A DNA stretch of 64,000 bases from Callorhinchus milii (Eukaryota). The position numbers were made by a program, and so were the translations under genes. The stretch covers positions 49,850,001 to 49,914,000 of the forward strand of contig NW_024704743.1 in the NCBI RefSeq assembly GCF_018977255.1, given 5' to 3'. This document shows, piece by piece, positions 62,660 through 64,000 of the stretch. Position 1 is the first letter of the stretch, and each line of letters begins with the position of its first letter. The notes below the pieces were generated by a model, which saw only the letters and a program-made list of their open reading frames with translations, was not told the DNA's origin and searched no databases.

Positions 62660-64000
62660 AAGACCGTGAAATTTCTCATGGTCCTAGCTTCTGAAAATTT
62701 AAGATCATGCAGAATTTTGGAAAATTGTTAAAATTAGTCTTAATTTGGAAGCCAGTTTTCTGTATATCTGTTAAAATTTTCTGCCACTCCCAATATTTTT
62801 CTGCTAAAATGTATTTTCAATAAAAAGCAAAAAAAAAGCTCAATTAAGCTTAGTAATGACTCCTCACTCTTGACTCTGACCTCTTGAACCTCTCTGGTCT
62901 ACCTCTGTAACTCATAAAATTTTTGAGAAATTCTGCCATTTTATCTGCACTCTTGTTTCCAACTTTAGTACACAACCTTGGCATTCAATTTGATCCCCAG
63001 CTCTATTTCCTTCAGCATCTTCTTCTTCATTTGTGCCATGTTGCCCTTCTCTATCCCTGTCTCATATAAAACGCTGCTGAGACCCTCATTCACACTATTG
63101 CTACCTCCTAACTCGATTTCTAAATCTCACTCCTCGCAGAAATCCCTAGTTCTACCATTCACAAGCTCCAGCTCATTCAAAACATTGTATCCTCACCCAC
63201 ACCAACCTCTCAGCCCCCTTTAAATGTCTTCAAATCCCACCTAATAAATATCTACCTCTTCCCCTGTATATGGTCACCTCCTCCCTCTCCCTCCCCCACT
63301 TCAGTCAATATCAGACTCCATGACTAAAGTGCCACAAGGGTTATCCTAGGTGAATGGTGCTATATCAATATAAGTTGTTGTTATCATTAAAGGCAATTGT
63401 ACAAGATTGTTTATCTGGGAAGGTAATTGGGCAAGAGAATGTAATGCCAACTCTGAGCAGACATTAGTCAGCTTGGGCTGTTATTGAAGCTGTAGGCAGT
63501 GACAAGCTGAGAGCAAACATGTAAAATTGAAAACAAATACATAGAAAATTATTCACTTCTAGAGCAGTGAGTCAGACCAGCCTGGGAGCAGGAACTGAAG
63601 CAGTTAGGAGACTGTGCCCCCAGTTCTACTCGTTTGGGGCATCCTAAAGTATTGCTCTGGGAGTATTGTTCTGGATTTACCATTTCAATCCCATTTAAAA
63701 TGTTATACACCTGTATAACATCCCCCCGAGACATCTTCTCTCAAGCCTGAAGGACCCTAGCTTGTCTAATTGTTATTCACAGACCATTCATTTTAAAGTA
63801 TATTCTGTGAACCGCATTGATAAGTCTCGAAGATATATAGCAAAATGCAAGGTTTATTATTATTATTTCTCTAACACTGTGGTTTCACTCCCAGAGGCGA
63901 GGAATCCTATTTTAGGCTCAAGGCTTTTTTTCCTGATATGGTATTAGTTTCCCAAGTATTTGCCTAGGAGGATTAACATTTCCTCTCTCCTGGACTAAGC

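Noticed and set aside
50820..64000. Location of the upstream non-coding ADCY2 exon or promoter
   Set aside because: No CpG island or unambiguous donor was found; candidates such as ~59380 are too weak to call.

Overview
Eukaryotic, AT-rich, repeat-dense DNA. The repeat landscape (tRNA-headed Deu-type SINEs with (TTA)n tails, L2 and CR1 LINEs, Penelope-like elements) suggests a cartilaginous fish, probably a chimaera or elephant-shark-like genome; this is inference. The only host gene I can support is the 5' part of adenylate cyclase 2 (ADCY2) on the minus strand. It has three coding exons (50264-50461, 41412-41609, 6699-6860; 66+66+54 codons, all phase 0, GT-AG), and the ATG exon appears to have an upstream acceptor, implying a 5'UTR intron. 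Everything else is intronic or upstream: many SINE copies, an internally deleted single-ORF L2, other L2 and CR1 fragments, four Penelope-like pieces, an unclassified ~0.6-0.75 kb dispersed repeat, palindromes and minisatellites. Best second-look items: (1) a minimal hammerhead-ribozyme motif at the end of all four Penelope-like copies, all on the strand opposite to ADCY2; (2) a modular SINE with Ala-like or Val-like tRNA heads and an internal inverted copy of its own tail where truncation recurs; (3) a TTAA-bounded perfect 20-bp inverted repeat enclosing 1.25 kb; (4) two long near-perfect hairpins. No prokaryotic-type system or CRISPR array was seen. Repeat boundaries are approximate and were read by eye.
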